From Balanoglossus misakiensis (Eukaryota > Animalia > Hemichordata), in assembly GCA_040954595.2 (NCBI GenBank), contig CM082576.2, positions 18,461,028 to 18,525,027 on the forward strand: a stretch of 64,000 bases of DNA, given 5' to 3'. Within the stretch, counting starts at the first letter, position 1, and every line of letters starts with the position of its first letter. The notes beneath the pieces were generated by a model. It ran no database searches. It had not been told where the DNA came from and saw only the letters and a program-made list of their open reading frames with translations. Position numbers and translations under genes: made by a program. Below are positions 1-12,900 of this stretch, piece by piece.

Positions 1-232
1 ACTATCACAGAGAAGGGGACGCTTTTCGGTATCATCACTGTCTTTGAAAATGATAAAAAATGGTACATCTTACAACATGACAATGTTCAAATGAGATTTG
101 AAATACGGATGGGTGTCTAAACCATAGTTCTTTATATTAGAAACATTGTTATTGCTTTATATTTGTATTATGGCATTAACTGTCCCAGTTTTTGTAAATT
201 AGGAGCTAAGGGGGCTTTTGTCTCATTTTCTT

Positions 233-349
<117 letters not shown>

Positions 350-881
350 GACAGTGTTTTATTCAGGATGGTATCAGCAGGGGGTATATGTCCCCCTTCG
401 CCAGAATATTTGAGGGTGATTCCACTCTGGCAAGGGGGAATGTTATATCTTCAACATGTGAGTAACATCATTTTAAAGGGCACTCAGGTGCCCCTTTGAC
501 AATTAAATTTCCAGGGGGTACCAACACATCAATAGGAGGTGAATCCAAATTGTCTTTTTGTTGTTGAAAATTCCTGGAAATGTTATGGACAGGCAATGTC
601 TATTTTCCCTGAGAGTGCCAGCACCGGTTTTGTATTTCTGTTTTCCTGTTGCCCTTTGGAGATCTTGCTGCTTTGTCTTGGAGAAGAGTGATTGTGTTGT
701 CTTTGTTTTCTCACAACATGATGTCATCATTTTGTATTCAAATTGGCGTACATGATCATGTTTTGGCTTCATAATTTTTCATTAATGAAGATTTCAATGT
801 TTTCCTTTTATATTACTGCTGTTTATGGTTGCATTTTGAGAATATTTTGATGAAAGAAATGTTGATTGTTGAATGTTACAG

Positions 882-980
882 AATCTAATCAATGCCGCAG
901 TGAAGGGTGATGTTGCAAAGATTCAGTCGCTGATAGCTGATGGATATGATGTCAATGCAAGGGGTAAATACCCAGGGCAG
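882..980 (+). CDS. N-terminal capping ankyrin exon (NLINAAVKGDVAKIQSLIADGYDVNARGKYPGQ)
   Basis: 99 nt between tacag and gtaag. An in-frame ATG at 873 could alternatively be the start codon. Confidence 0.8.
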
Positions 981-3900
981 GTAAGTGTTCGTATTGACCA
1001 ATGTTTTATACAGAGTCATCGCTCAGGGCTAGCGTTTGATATTTAATTTTTCACATGCGGTGCATGCAGGAACTTAAAAAAATTGTGTGTAACTGTATTT
1101 CAATTACGTGCAACAAAATAACGATAGACAGCCTGGGTTTTTGGTAAGTAACAACTTTTAATAGAAATATCTTTTTAAAATAACGAATTTTGTTGAAATA
1201 AAATGGATTCTTGGTGCAAACAAGATATTCCTAATGTCAATTCTTCCACAAAGATAAACTTACAGACACGGAGAGGTCTGCTGCAAGCAGTATTTTTAGG
1301 GGTCAACTATGGTGTTTCAAATTCTCTGTGGCAAGAACTAATTCTCAACTGGGGTGTTTTTCAAGGTCCATCGCACTATTCTGTTTGCAAATACATCATT
1401 GCAGTTTGCCACGCCGCTTTCTATAGCACCCCTGATGCTGTTACTGTAGTAGCACTAGCTGAACCCCTGAAATGTTCCAGGACCACTTCAACTGTTCACA
1501 TGTAATATTTTATGCCAGCATTTGAGCAGAGACGTTTCAGAAACATTTCAATGGTTATGAGTGACTGGCTTTTCACACAACAGTAACACTGAATCAACTA
1601 GATATCTATGAACTTCCAAAATACCACACACTCCCAAAATGATATCACAACACCACATTTAGATTGTGCAAAAACAGACCTACACTAGCCCACAAATATA
1701 AATAACCTCAATTCAGCGCAGACTTTTTCATCAACAGTTCCAGTTTTACCTAGTGTGAACATGGTATCAGTCTACAGTTTGGTTCAATGTGGTTCAACCA
1801 CATACAGTAATACCTGTCGAAATGGAACATGCCGTATCTGGAAAACTGTCTATAATGAACACGTTTTCCTGTCCCCTTGACATAGAACCACGTGTTAAAA
1901 GAACCTTTACAAACCAGAAACGTCTGTAAACTGAACAATTTCTTCTGTCCCTTTGGATTAGACAGGTTTTACTGTACATGTGTTTTGGTCATAGAGAATT
2001 GTCACTCAACCTTAGAAAATACTATTATTATGATCTTTCAGATTGAAATCAATATCAGTCTATTACTGAAATAACACACCATCGTAATCGAAACCATTAT
2101 TACAATAGTGACTGAAGCTCATTGTGATGAAATTCCTAGAGTTTCCTCATCAAAAGATCAAGCAGTTGACTCACATTGCAAGTATCAGATTTGTGATGTC
2201 ATTTTTATTCCAACATTAAACGTCTTTATTCCAGAATGATTCCACAGCATTGCATGCAGCGTCCTTCAAAGGTAAATTGGATGCTGTCAGGATGTTGATT
2301 AGCCATGGTGCAGATGTCAATGCGAAGGATGAGGTACGTGAACTGACTTATCACTTTATTATGGATAATGTGGCCACACAATTGGATAATAAAAAAATGC
2401 CTTTGAAAAAGACCTAATTACAACACTCTTATTTTCATCCAAAATTACTTTGCATGATCCAAATTCAATGGGAAGAAACAAGCTAACCCTGAACAAGAAG
2501 AGGGAAAGGCCAAAAAGTATTACCCATACTGATTTAGTTTTACTAACCATGATACCCTTGGGATCCAGCCATAGGAAGGACAGTGGGACACATTGCACTC
2601 TAAATTTAACAATCTTTACAATTTAGCCAAAGATGTTGAACCATAGTGTATTTGACACATTTGTTCCGAATGAATAAATATGTTCCAGAAAGTAAATTTT
2701 GATGCATTTTTTTGTGTTTCACCAAAGTTAACACATTTTTATTTTTTTTCAAGCCATCTCTGAAATTTTGCTGGCAATCTTTTTTTAAATCTTCCACATC
2801 CCCTCCATCCTTAGTTAAGCTATGGAGTCTAAAACATCCAATGTTAAAAACTATATGACCAGTCAAAGCGTTTTCCTCGCTGTTAGAATCAATTGAGATT
2901 CTTCACCGTCATTCTTTGATCTGTATTCATTTTAACAGTCGGCAATTTTCATTTTGTGTGTAGAAGGACTGTGCATTATCCTTTCAAATCAGTCAGTATG
3001 CCATTCTTGCTTGTTTTTTGCAATATGGCTGATACTTTTGATATTTGTTTATTTATTTGTAGGTTTGTTTGTTTGTTTGTTTAAAGAAACCTCATATTAC
3101 ATTTCAATTTTTGTGACATTGTTCCCATGCTTCTCCTTCATTACTTACAGGATGGAGTCACCCCTTTGAATGATGCAGCAGGGTTTGGTGGTGAAGGCTG
3201 TGTCAGATTGTTATTGGAACACAAAGCTGATGTTACCATACAAACCCAGGTAAATACCAACTTGACTTCTGCAGGTTAATCTATCAGTATGGAATGATTT
3301 ATTCATTCATTTTTTGTTTGTTTGTTTGTTTGTATGTTTTTTGTTTAAGGAAAATGACACATTACGTTTAATTTTTGTGACATTGTTCTCATGCTCCTCC
3401 TTCATTACTTACAGTGGGGAGACACCCCTTTGCACTCTGCAGCAAGGAGGGATGTTGGTGAAGGCTGTGTCAGATTGTTATTGGAACAAAAAGCTGATGT
3501 AACCATACAAAACAAGGTAAATACCAACCTGACTTCTGCAGGTAAATTCTAAAAGTATGAGCTTTCTCAATAGTGCCATTTCCTCTGTAGTTTTCTTAGT
3601 AAATTGTGTCTGGGATACAATGTATATATTTGTCCATTGCCCTTTGAATCAAAACTACTCCCTCCATTGGTCAGGTGTTGTACAGATAGACTGATGACAG
3701 TCCATGCCAATCCTATCACAGAACGTATCAGATAGGGTGATTGTCTGTCGGCCTCCAGCATCTGCCAACTCCTGTCTGGTACCTAATACAATTCATCATA
3801 AGGAGGTGCCATATAATTTGTCACTGTCCTTTGAATCAAAACTACTTCCTCTCGGCCAGGTGTTGTCCAGACACAGGCAAGTATTGATTCATTATGGTGA

Positions 3901-6900
3901 TGTGATTGTCTCTCCTATATCTGAGACATTTGATCTCCACTGTGAGCAATTTGGAGTTATGAGAAAGGGGGATTGTCTCCAGCATCTGCCAAAAACTGTC
4001 TTGTTGAACATAAGGATGTTGTTGTTTATTGCATTGTTTATCGTCAATCTTTTGTGGTTTAAATAATAATCTCATTATTGGCACAGCGATTTCTGTCTGT
4101 CCTTCTGTAGACAGATTTTGTTCCACTCATATCTTGAGAGAAATTGAATCCAATGATATGAAATTTTGTATGTAGCATTGTTATGATAAGTTCTAGATCT
4201 GATAAGATTTTGGTGGGTATGGCTTATTAATAAATTCTCCTTTGCATATTTGTGTGTGGTCGAACGTTAATTCACTACATACACATGTAGAATAACATAA
4301 ACAGTGTCTTGTATCAAACATAATTAATGGAAAAAGGGAAGCGAGAAAGAGAGAGACTTTGTCCCTTTAATATTCAGGAATTTACTTTTCTTGTATACGT
4401 ACACTCTTATAATGATTGTAAATCTTGAGAATGGCTATCAAGTTGACAACCCTCGCACAAGTACATCATGTACATAAACAAAAATAGTCTGGTTTGTGGA
4501 GCCTCCTCCCTTTTTTACAGGAAGTACTTTCAAAATATGTTTATGCAATCAGTCCACACTCATGCTCAGTTTTGTGTCAGAATTATAGTCATAGCAACAT
4601 TTTGAGTAAGACTTTACCAGAAGAACTTGTTTTCATTGCGGCTCTGATTGGGGCCGTTTTAAAAAGGGGTTTGTTTGGCAACTTTTAGGACCGAAGGACG
4701 GATGCGCAGCCATGGTCACATCACACATGTCAAGTTGGGGACTTGCTGGGGGCAGGGGTGCTTGTTGACGGTGCCGAGAGGAGTCGGCCAGTTTTAGCTT
4801 GTACTTCAGGCAGAATAGCACAGTGCCAACCCAATTTACCTTTTATAAACTTTATAAAATATAATACATTTTAACATTAAATTGTTCAGTCGGATGATTT
4901 TTTTCATCATAATGAGCAACACAGCGGCAGCATTTGGATTGCTCTTTCTCTTGGAAATAGCTCAAGCTTATAAAACATGAGGTCTGTGCGGCTCCACTCC
5001 TCAGCTTCTCATCACTGTCTGTCACTTACCCAATCATTTCAAAGGGGGTGATCAAGATGGCCAGAACAGCAAGTTTTAACCAACCAGGTTCCAGAACCTG
5101 AGAGAAGGTGCTAAAAGCATGCAATAGATATATTGATGAGATAAACATTGGGAACAATAGGATGAAGGGAAGTGTGACTGGTCCAATCTGTTCTGTTTTA
5201 GTGTGGGGCACGGCTGGAATGGTTACACAAATGTCCTTGAAAGTTAGTGCTACTGTGGCTTCCAATGTTATCTCTTATGAAGAGTTTTGATAATTTTGTT
5301 TGTTCTTTATATTACATGAAAAGAATGACTGCATTCATTGCATTTAATTTTGTTTGCCACACATTCCCATTGGCCACAGTGTCCACTGAAGTCTTTCTTT
5401 GGTTATTAGACTTTTTGATGCAGTGCGATGGAGAAAGGGAATCAGTGTTAACTTTCTTCAGATGGTTTTTTTTGGTGAAATTCAAGTTTTTTTTATTTAA
5501 ACGCTATTTATACAAATAACGAGTGACACCATTGCACAACTCTACTTGATATTGTTGGACCACTCAGTAGAAATTTATTTTAATGATGATTGATTTATCC
5601 CTTGTCACATACAATTTCTCTGTTATTTCCCCTTTGATCGACATCGTTCAGTCTGCACAGCTTGGCTACTTTGTGCTGAGAACAGTCTGATGCCCTCCTA
5701 CAGGAAATAAACATAGTTTGGTTAGCTCAGATGTTTGATCTGTTTCCACATAAATCTCCACATATCTCAAATTTTTCATCATATTGGAGATGAGATGTGA
5801 TTATTCAAAATTCTTCTGACAATTCTACTAAATGTCACTGTAGTTGTTTGCTAAATCTTCTTCTATATTGTGCAGGTTGCAAAAATAAATTGGTCCCATT
5901 CACTAACATCACATCACTGTCAGTTTTTTGATAGAAAATCATAAATAAAGTTCAGTTTAAAATTGGTGTATTGGTTATCCGTAATGTTATCTGTTTTGCA
6001 AGTTGTCAAATTTGAGTTTGTTTGTGAATTATTTATAGTAACTTTTCTTTCTGTATCAACTGGCAGATATTTTGTCAGAATTCTTTTAGCTCGTTAAAAT
6101 GCATGTATAAAACTGAATTACACATCTTGTGTGTAGAGTCGATACTGTTTCTGTTCAAATGCCATTTACTGTTGGTTAATATTATCCACAAGGGAGTTTG
6201 CGATTATTTGTCGTTTGTGTGTTTGTTCGATCGTTCATTTTAACAAAATAACCTCATGTTACATTTCATTTTTCTTCTCATCATGCTCCTCCTTCATTAC
6301 TTACAGAATGGAGACACCCCTTTGCATTATGCAGTAAGAGGGTGTCGTGGTGAAGGCCTTGTCAGATTGTTATTGGAACACAAAGCTGATGTGACCATAC
6401 CAAACAAGGTAAATACCAACATGACGTCTGCAGGTTAATTCTGTCAATGCGGATATATTTATTCATTTTATTGTGTGTTTGTCTATTTGTTTGTTTGTTT
6501 GTTTGTTTGGTTAAGGAAATTTCACATTACATTTCAATTTTGTGACATTATTCTCATGCTCCTCCTTCATTACTTACAGACAGGAGACACCCCTTTGCAT
6601 TATGCAGCAAGGAGGGATGGTGGTGAAGGCCTTGTCAGATTGTTATTGGAACACAAAGCTGATGTGACCATACAAAACAAGGTAAATACCAACCTGACTT
6701 CTGCAGGTTTATTCTATTGATGCGGATATATTTATTCATTTATTTGTTTGTTTGTTTGTTTGTTTGTTTGTTTAAGGAAATTTCACATTAGATTTCAATT
6801 TTTGTAACATTATTCTCATGCTCCTCCTTCATTACTTACAGGATGGAGACACCCCTTTGCATGATGCAGCAAGGAGGGATGATGGTGAAGCCCTTGTCAG

Positions 6901-9900
6901 ATTGTTATTGGAACACAAAGCTGATGCTAACATACGAAACAAGGTAAATACCAACCTGACTTCTGCAGGTTTATTCTATTGATGCGGATATATTTATTCA
7001 TTTATTTGTTTGTTTGTTTGTTTGTTTAAGGAAATTTCACATTAGATTTCAATTTTTGTAACATTATTCTCATGCTCCTCCTTCATTACTTACAGGATGG
7101 AGACACCCTTTTGCATTATGCAGCAAGGTTTCGTGATGAAGGCCGTGTCAGATTGTTATTGGAACACAAAGCTGATGCTAACATACAAAACAAGGTAAAT
7201 ACCAACCTGACTTCTATAGGTTAATTCTGAAAGTATTGAAATATTTTTTTGTTTTTTTTTTGTTTAAGGAAATTTCACATTATATTTCAATTTTTGTGAC
7301 ATTATTCTCATGCTCCTCCTTCATTACTTACAGGATGGAGACACTCCTTTGCATTATGCAGTAAGGGATGGTGATGAAGGCCATGTCAGATTGTTATTGG
7401 AACACAAAGCTGATGTGACCATACAAAACAAGGTAAATACCAACCTGACTTCTGCAGGTTTATTCTATCAATGCGGATATATTTATTCATTTATTTGTTT
7501 GTTTGTTTGTTTATGGAAATTTCACATAATATTTCAATTTTTGTGACATTATTCTCATGCTCCTCCTTCATTACTTACAGGATGGAGACACTCCTTTGCA
7601 TTATGCAGCAAGGAGGGTTGGTGGCGAATGCCTTGTCAGATTGTTATTGGAACACAAAGCTGATGCTAACATACAAAACAAGGTAAATACCAACCTGACT
7701 TCAGCAGGTTTATTCTATCACTGCGGATATATTTATTCATTTATTTGTTTGTTTGTTTGTTTAAGGAAATTTCACATTAGATTTCAATTTTTGTGACATT
7801 ATTCTCATGCTCCTCCTTCATTACTTACAGGATGGAGACACTCCTTCGCATGATGCAGCAAGGAGGGATGATGGTGAAGCCCTTCTCAGATTGTTTTTGG
7901 AACACAAAGCTGATGCTAACATACGAAACAAGGTAAATACCAACCTGACTTCTGCAGGTTTATTCTATTGATGCGGATATATTTATTCATTTATTTGTTT
8001 GTTTGTTTGTTTAAGGAAATTTCACATAATATTTCAATTTTTGTGACATTATTCTCATGCTCCTCCTTCATTACTTACAGGGTGGAGACACTCCTTCGCA
8101 TGATGCAGCAAGGAGGGATGGTGGTGAAGGCCTTGTCAGATTGTTATTGGAACACAAAGCTGATGCTAACATACAAAACAAGGTAAATACCAACCTGACT
8201 TCAGCAGGTTTATTCTATCACTGCGGATATATTTATTCATTTATTTGTTTGTTTGTTTGTTTAAGGAAATTTCACATTAGATTTCAATTTTTGTGACATT
8301 ATTCTCATGCTCCTCCTTCATTACTTACAGGATGGAGACACTCCTTCGCATGATGCAGCAAGGAGGGATGATGGTGAAGCCCTTCTCAGATTGTTTTTGG
8401 AACACAAAGCTGATGCTAACATACGAAACAAGGTAAATACCAACCTGACTTCTGCAGGTTTATTCTATTGATGCGGATATATTTATTCATTTATTTGTTT
8501 GTTTGTTTGTTTAATGAAATTTCACATAATATTTCAATTTTTGTGACATTATTCTCATGCTCCTCCTTCATTACTTACAGGGTGGAGACACTCCTTCGCA
8601 TGATGCAGCAAGGAGGGATGGTGGTGAAGGCCTTGTCAGATTGTTATTGGAACACAAAGCTGATGCTAACATACAAAACAAGGTAAATACCAACCTGACT
8701 TCTGCAGGTTAATTCTGAAAGTATTGAAATATTTTTTTTTTTTTTGTTTAAGGAAATTTCACATTATATTTCAATTTTTGTGACATTATTCTTGTAATAT
8801 ATTGATATATTATTGTGGGCTCATTCCTAGAGAGATTAGACAGACGCAGGACATGTTCAACTGAACGACAGCCGTGCTGCTTCTTTATTGCTAACTGCGC
8901 ATGCTCACAAGCACAGCCTCGTACACAGCACTTTTACATAGCAGTTAATATACCAATACATAACACTGCTTCCCCCTTGAAATTTGGGTAGCTTACATGG
9001 TAACACAACTCAACAGAAAACACTTCACAGATCAAGTTTTACAACAGGCTTTCTCACCCTCTGAGACCTTCTAAGAGGTACGCTTTCTGGAGTAGTATTT
9101 GAAACCTCTGTACTAACTTCATCTGTTTTGAAACTCTCAATAGCAACATTTGAACTTTGTTTCACTGGTGAATGATCAATGCTTTCAGAAGGAATATTTC
9201 TCTTAGTGTGTACAGCATCATTCTCAATGAAATCAGGTACAACAACTTCTGGTTCATTAACATAATCAGGTACATTGTCATGTGCTCTAATCAAATGATC
9301 AGTATGAACAAATCTCATCGAATGACCAACTCTAACTACATAACGTCGTGGTCCACACACTTTCACAATAGTGCCTGGGATCCATTTCTCCAGCTTCGAA
9401 TTTGGTCTTTTGTTTCGTACACGAACTCTATCATACATCTGAAAGGTTCTTTCATTGACAGACATGTCATGATATTGCTTTTGTTTTTCTTGTTTCTTTT
9501 CAACCATTTGTGCAAGATTAGGTTTAACCAAACTCAATCTGCTTCGCAAAATTCTCTTTACCATCATCTCAGCTGGACTGACACCAGTAACACTATGTGG
9601 TGTTATCCTATATCTCAGTAAGAAATTGGCAAGTCGGTGTTTCATGGACATTCCCTTTATACCATGAAAAACTTGTTTCAACAATGCCTCCTTGACAATT
9701 CTCACTGATCTCTCAGCTGCCCCATTTGACTGTGGGTGGTAGGGCGGAACTAAAGTATGCTTTATACCATTCTTACTCATAAACTCTGCAAACTCTGCTG
9801 AAGTAAATTGTGGTCCATTATCTGACACAAGTTCTTCAGGCAGACCATGATTCGCAAAAATCAAACGCAACTCATCAATTGTGCGGTCACTTGTGGTCGA

Positions 9901-12900
9901 AGTCATATGTTTCGCCTCAATCCACTTTGAGTGACTGTCAACTAATATCAAAAAGTAATCAGTGCCTTTCTGACAGAAATCAATGTGTACACGTTGAAAT
10001 GGACGTGTGGGCCATTTCCATGGTATCAATGGAGCACTAGATGGAGCACTCCTCACACTCTGACAAACAGTGCAAACTTTCACCGTTTTCTCAATTTCCT
10101 CATCCATTCGAGGCCACCAGACACATGTACGCGCAATTGCTTTCATACTACACACACCAGGATGTTCCCAGTGTAATTCGCTCAACATTTTCTCTTGGAA
10201 AACTGCTGGAATTATAACCCTGGTTCCCCAAAGTACACAGCGTTGTTCACATGATAACTCATGCCGTCTACTGTGATATGGTTTCATTGACTCGTCAATA
10301 CAATGCTCAGGCCAACCAGTCATTACAAACTGATGGACCCGACTCAATACTGGATCAGTGCATGTTGCTTTGGCAATGTCGGTTGCTGTAATCGGAAAAT
10401 CATCATCCACAGCCCTTACTGTATATATCCTACTCTCACTAGCTACATTAGAAATCTCATGTGGTAAACGCGAAAGAGCATCACAATTTGCATGATCTTC
10501 TGATCTCCTATACTCTATATCATAGTCGTAGGCTGATAATATCAATGCCCATCTCTGCATGCGTGCTGCAGCTAAAGTAGGAATAGCTGATTTTGGACCT
10601 AAGAGTGCCAATAACGGTTTATGGTCAGTAATCAAAGTGAACTTACGACCGTATAGAAACTGGTGAAATTTCTTCACTCCAAATACAATAGACAATGCTT
10701 CACGTTCGATCTGCGCATAATTCTTTTCGCTGGCATTCAAGCTGCGCGATGCATATGCAATAGGTCTCTCTTGACCATTATCCATCACATGGCTAATCAC
10801 TGCACCTAGTCCATAACTAGACGCGTCACAAGCTAGTCTCAGTTCGCGCTTTGTATCATAATGCACTAATAAAGCATCACTGGACAGACCATTTTTACAC
10901 AGATCATACGCCTTCTGGCAATCAGATGTCCATTTCCACTTGACATCCTTTTTGAGCAACTTGTGCAATGGTGCTAGTATAGTAGCAAGATCTGGCAGAA
11001 ATGAATGGTAATATTGAACCATGCCTAGGAAAGATCTCAACTCGTGAACATTTCTGGGAATTGGTGCTTTCTTTATAGCATCAACTTTCTCATCAACTGG
11101 ATGTAGCCCGTCGGCATTAATCCTGAGACCAAGATAGACAACTTCAGATTTTAGGAATTTACATTTATCCAATTTCAGATGAATATTGTGTCGATCCAAT
11201 CTTTCTAACACTTCATCAAGGATATGGAGGTTTTCTTGCCAATTTTCTCCACCAAGAAGTATGTCATCTTGTTTACATACACATTTTTCAACTCCTTGCA
11301 AAATTTGATCCATTTTTGCCTGAAATATCTTGGGTGCGGATTTTACCCCATAAGGCAATTTGGTATATGAATACAACCCTTTATGAGTGTTAATTGTGAG
11401 GTACCCCTGACTCTCCTTATCAACACTAAGTTGTGCGTATGCATGTGACAAATCAAGTTTTGTGAAAACTTTGGACCCAGCTAATTCAGCATACAAGTCT
11501 TGAGTAGTGGGAAGTGGATACTGCTCATCCTCTACAGCTTGGTTTATGGTAACTTTGTAGTCACCACATATTCTCACAGACTTGTCGGCCTTTGGAACTA
11601 CTACAATAGGACTGGCCCAATCCGACCTCTCGGTTTTTACAATCACGCCGTTTTTCTCGAGTTTTTCCAACTCTTTTTCGACTGCATCTTTCAAAGCATA
11701 AGGAACTCTACGTGGCTTGATAAACACAGGCTTTGCATTATCGCGAACAGTGATGTGCGCTTCAAACCCTTTCATACCCTCATAGCTGTCATCAAACAAC
11801 TGTGCATGTTTTGACAGAAGTTTATCAAGTTGTTTCTTTGCATTGCTCTGATTCGAGAAACTCGTGGCAGATGAATTGGTTACACTGAATATCTCACCCC
11901 AATTCAACCTGATCTTATTGAGCCAATTTCTGCCCAATAAAATAGGTTTTCTTACAACATTAGCCACTACCATGGGCAATATGACCTTTTGACCATTGTA
12001 TTCTACTTTGCAGCTCATTTCACCACAAATATCGAGCATTTCACCTGTGTAGGTTTTCAGTTTTACCTTGGAGGGAAAAAGAGGTACTTTCCTGAACTTT
12101 TCAGTGTACTCACTCCTGCTCATAATCGAAAAATCAGCAGCAGTATCTACCTGCATGTCGCATGTGACATTGTTTACTGACATTTTCACTGTGTAACCTT
12201 TTGTACTATTTTTGGTGGGATTGGCTGTGTTGGTAGAATACAATGAAAATACACCCATATTATTTTCATCTCCGCTACTTTCTGTAGCATCTAACTCAGG
12301 CATATATACATTATGCACTTTTCCCTTTGTCTTGGTTGACTGGGAATTTACACCTTTGACACCAGATTTTTCATTTACACTGGCATTACTGTGACAAACA
12401 GATGCAATGTGACCAACTTTCTTACATTTGAAACATTTAGCATCCTTAAATTTACACATTTGTGGGTTGTGCTCACCCCTACATCTATAACATAGTTTTT
12501 GTCCACTAGTCTTTGCCTGGGGTTTTCTGTAACCCTTCGAAAGTTTATTGACGACACCACTCTTGTCGCTGACACTGCTACTAGTACTGCTGGCAGGTCG
12601 AAACTCCTTTGCGTTCTTCTCCGCCATCTCCATGGACGTTGCTATCTGACAAGCACGGTCGAAGGTAAGGCCCTCTGTGTTCAACAGCTTGTTTTGGATC
12701 CTTACGTCATCCAGACCACAGACAAATCTGTCTCTCAAAGCTCGATTCAGAAAATCGCCATAGTTGCAGTGTATGGAAAGTTTCTTCAATGACACAATAT
12801 AGTCACTGACTGACTCACCAGGCTTCTGGTTACGAGTGCCAAAATGAAAACTTTCCGCTATCTCTAACGGTGCTGGGTTGTAGTGTCCCTCAAGTGCTTG

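Noticed and set aside
5026-5290. Hydrophobic minus-strand ORF ending at a gtaag-like donor inside the large ankyrin intron
   Set aside because: No recognisable domain and no compatible neighbouring exons could be assembled; left unassigned.
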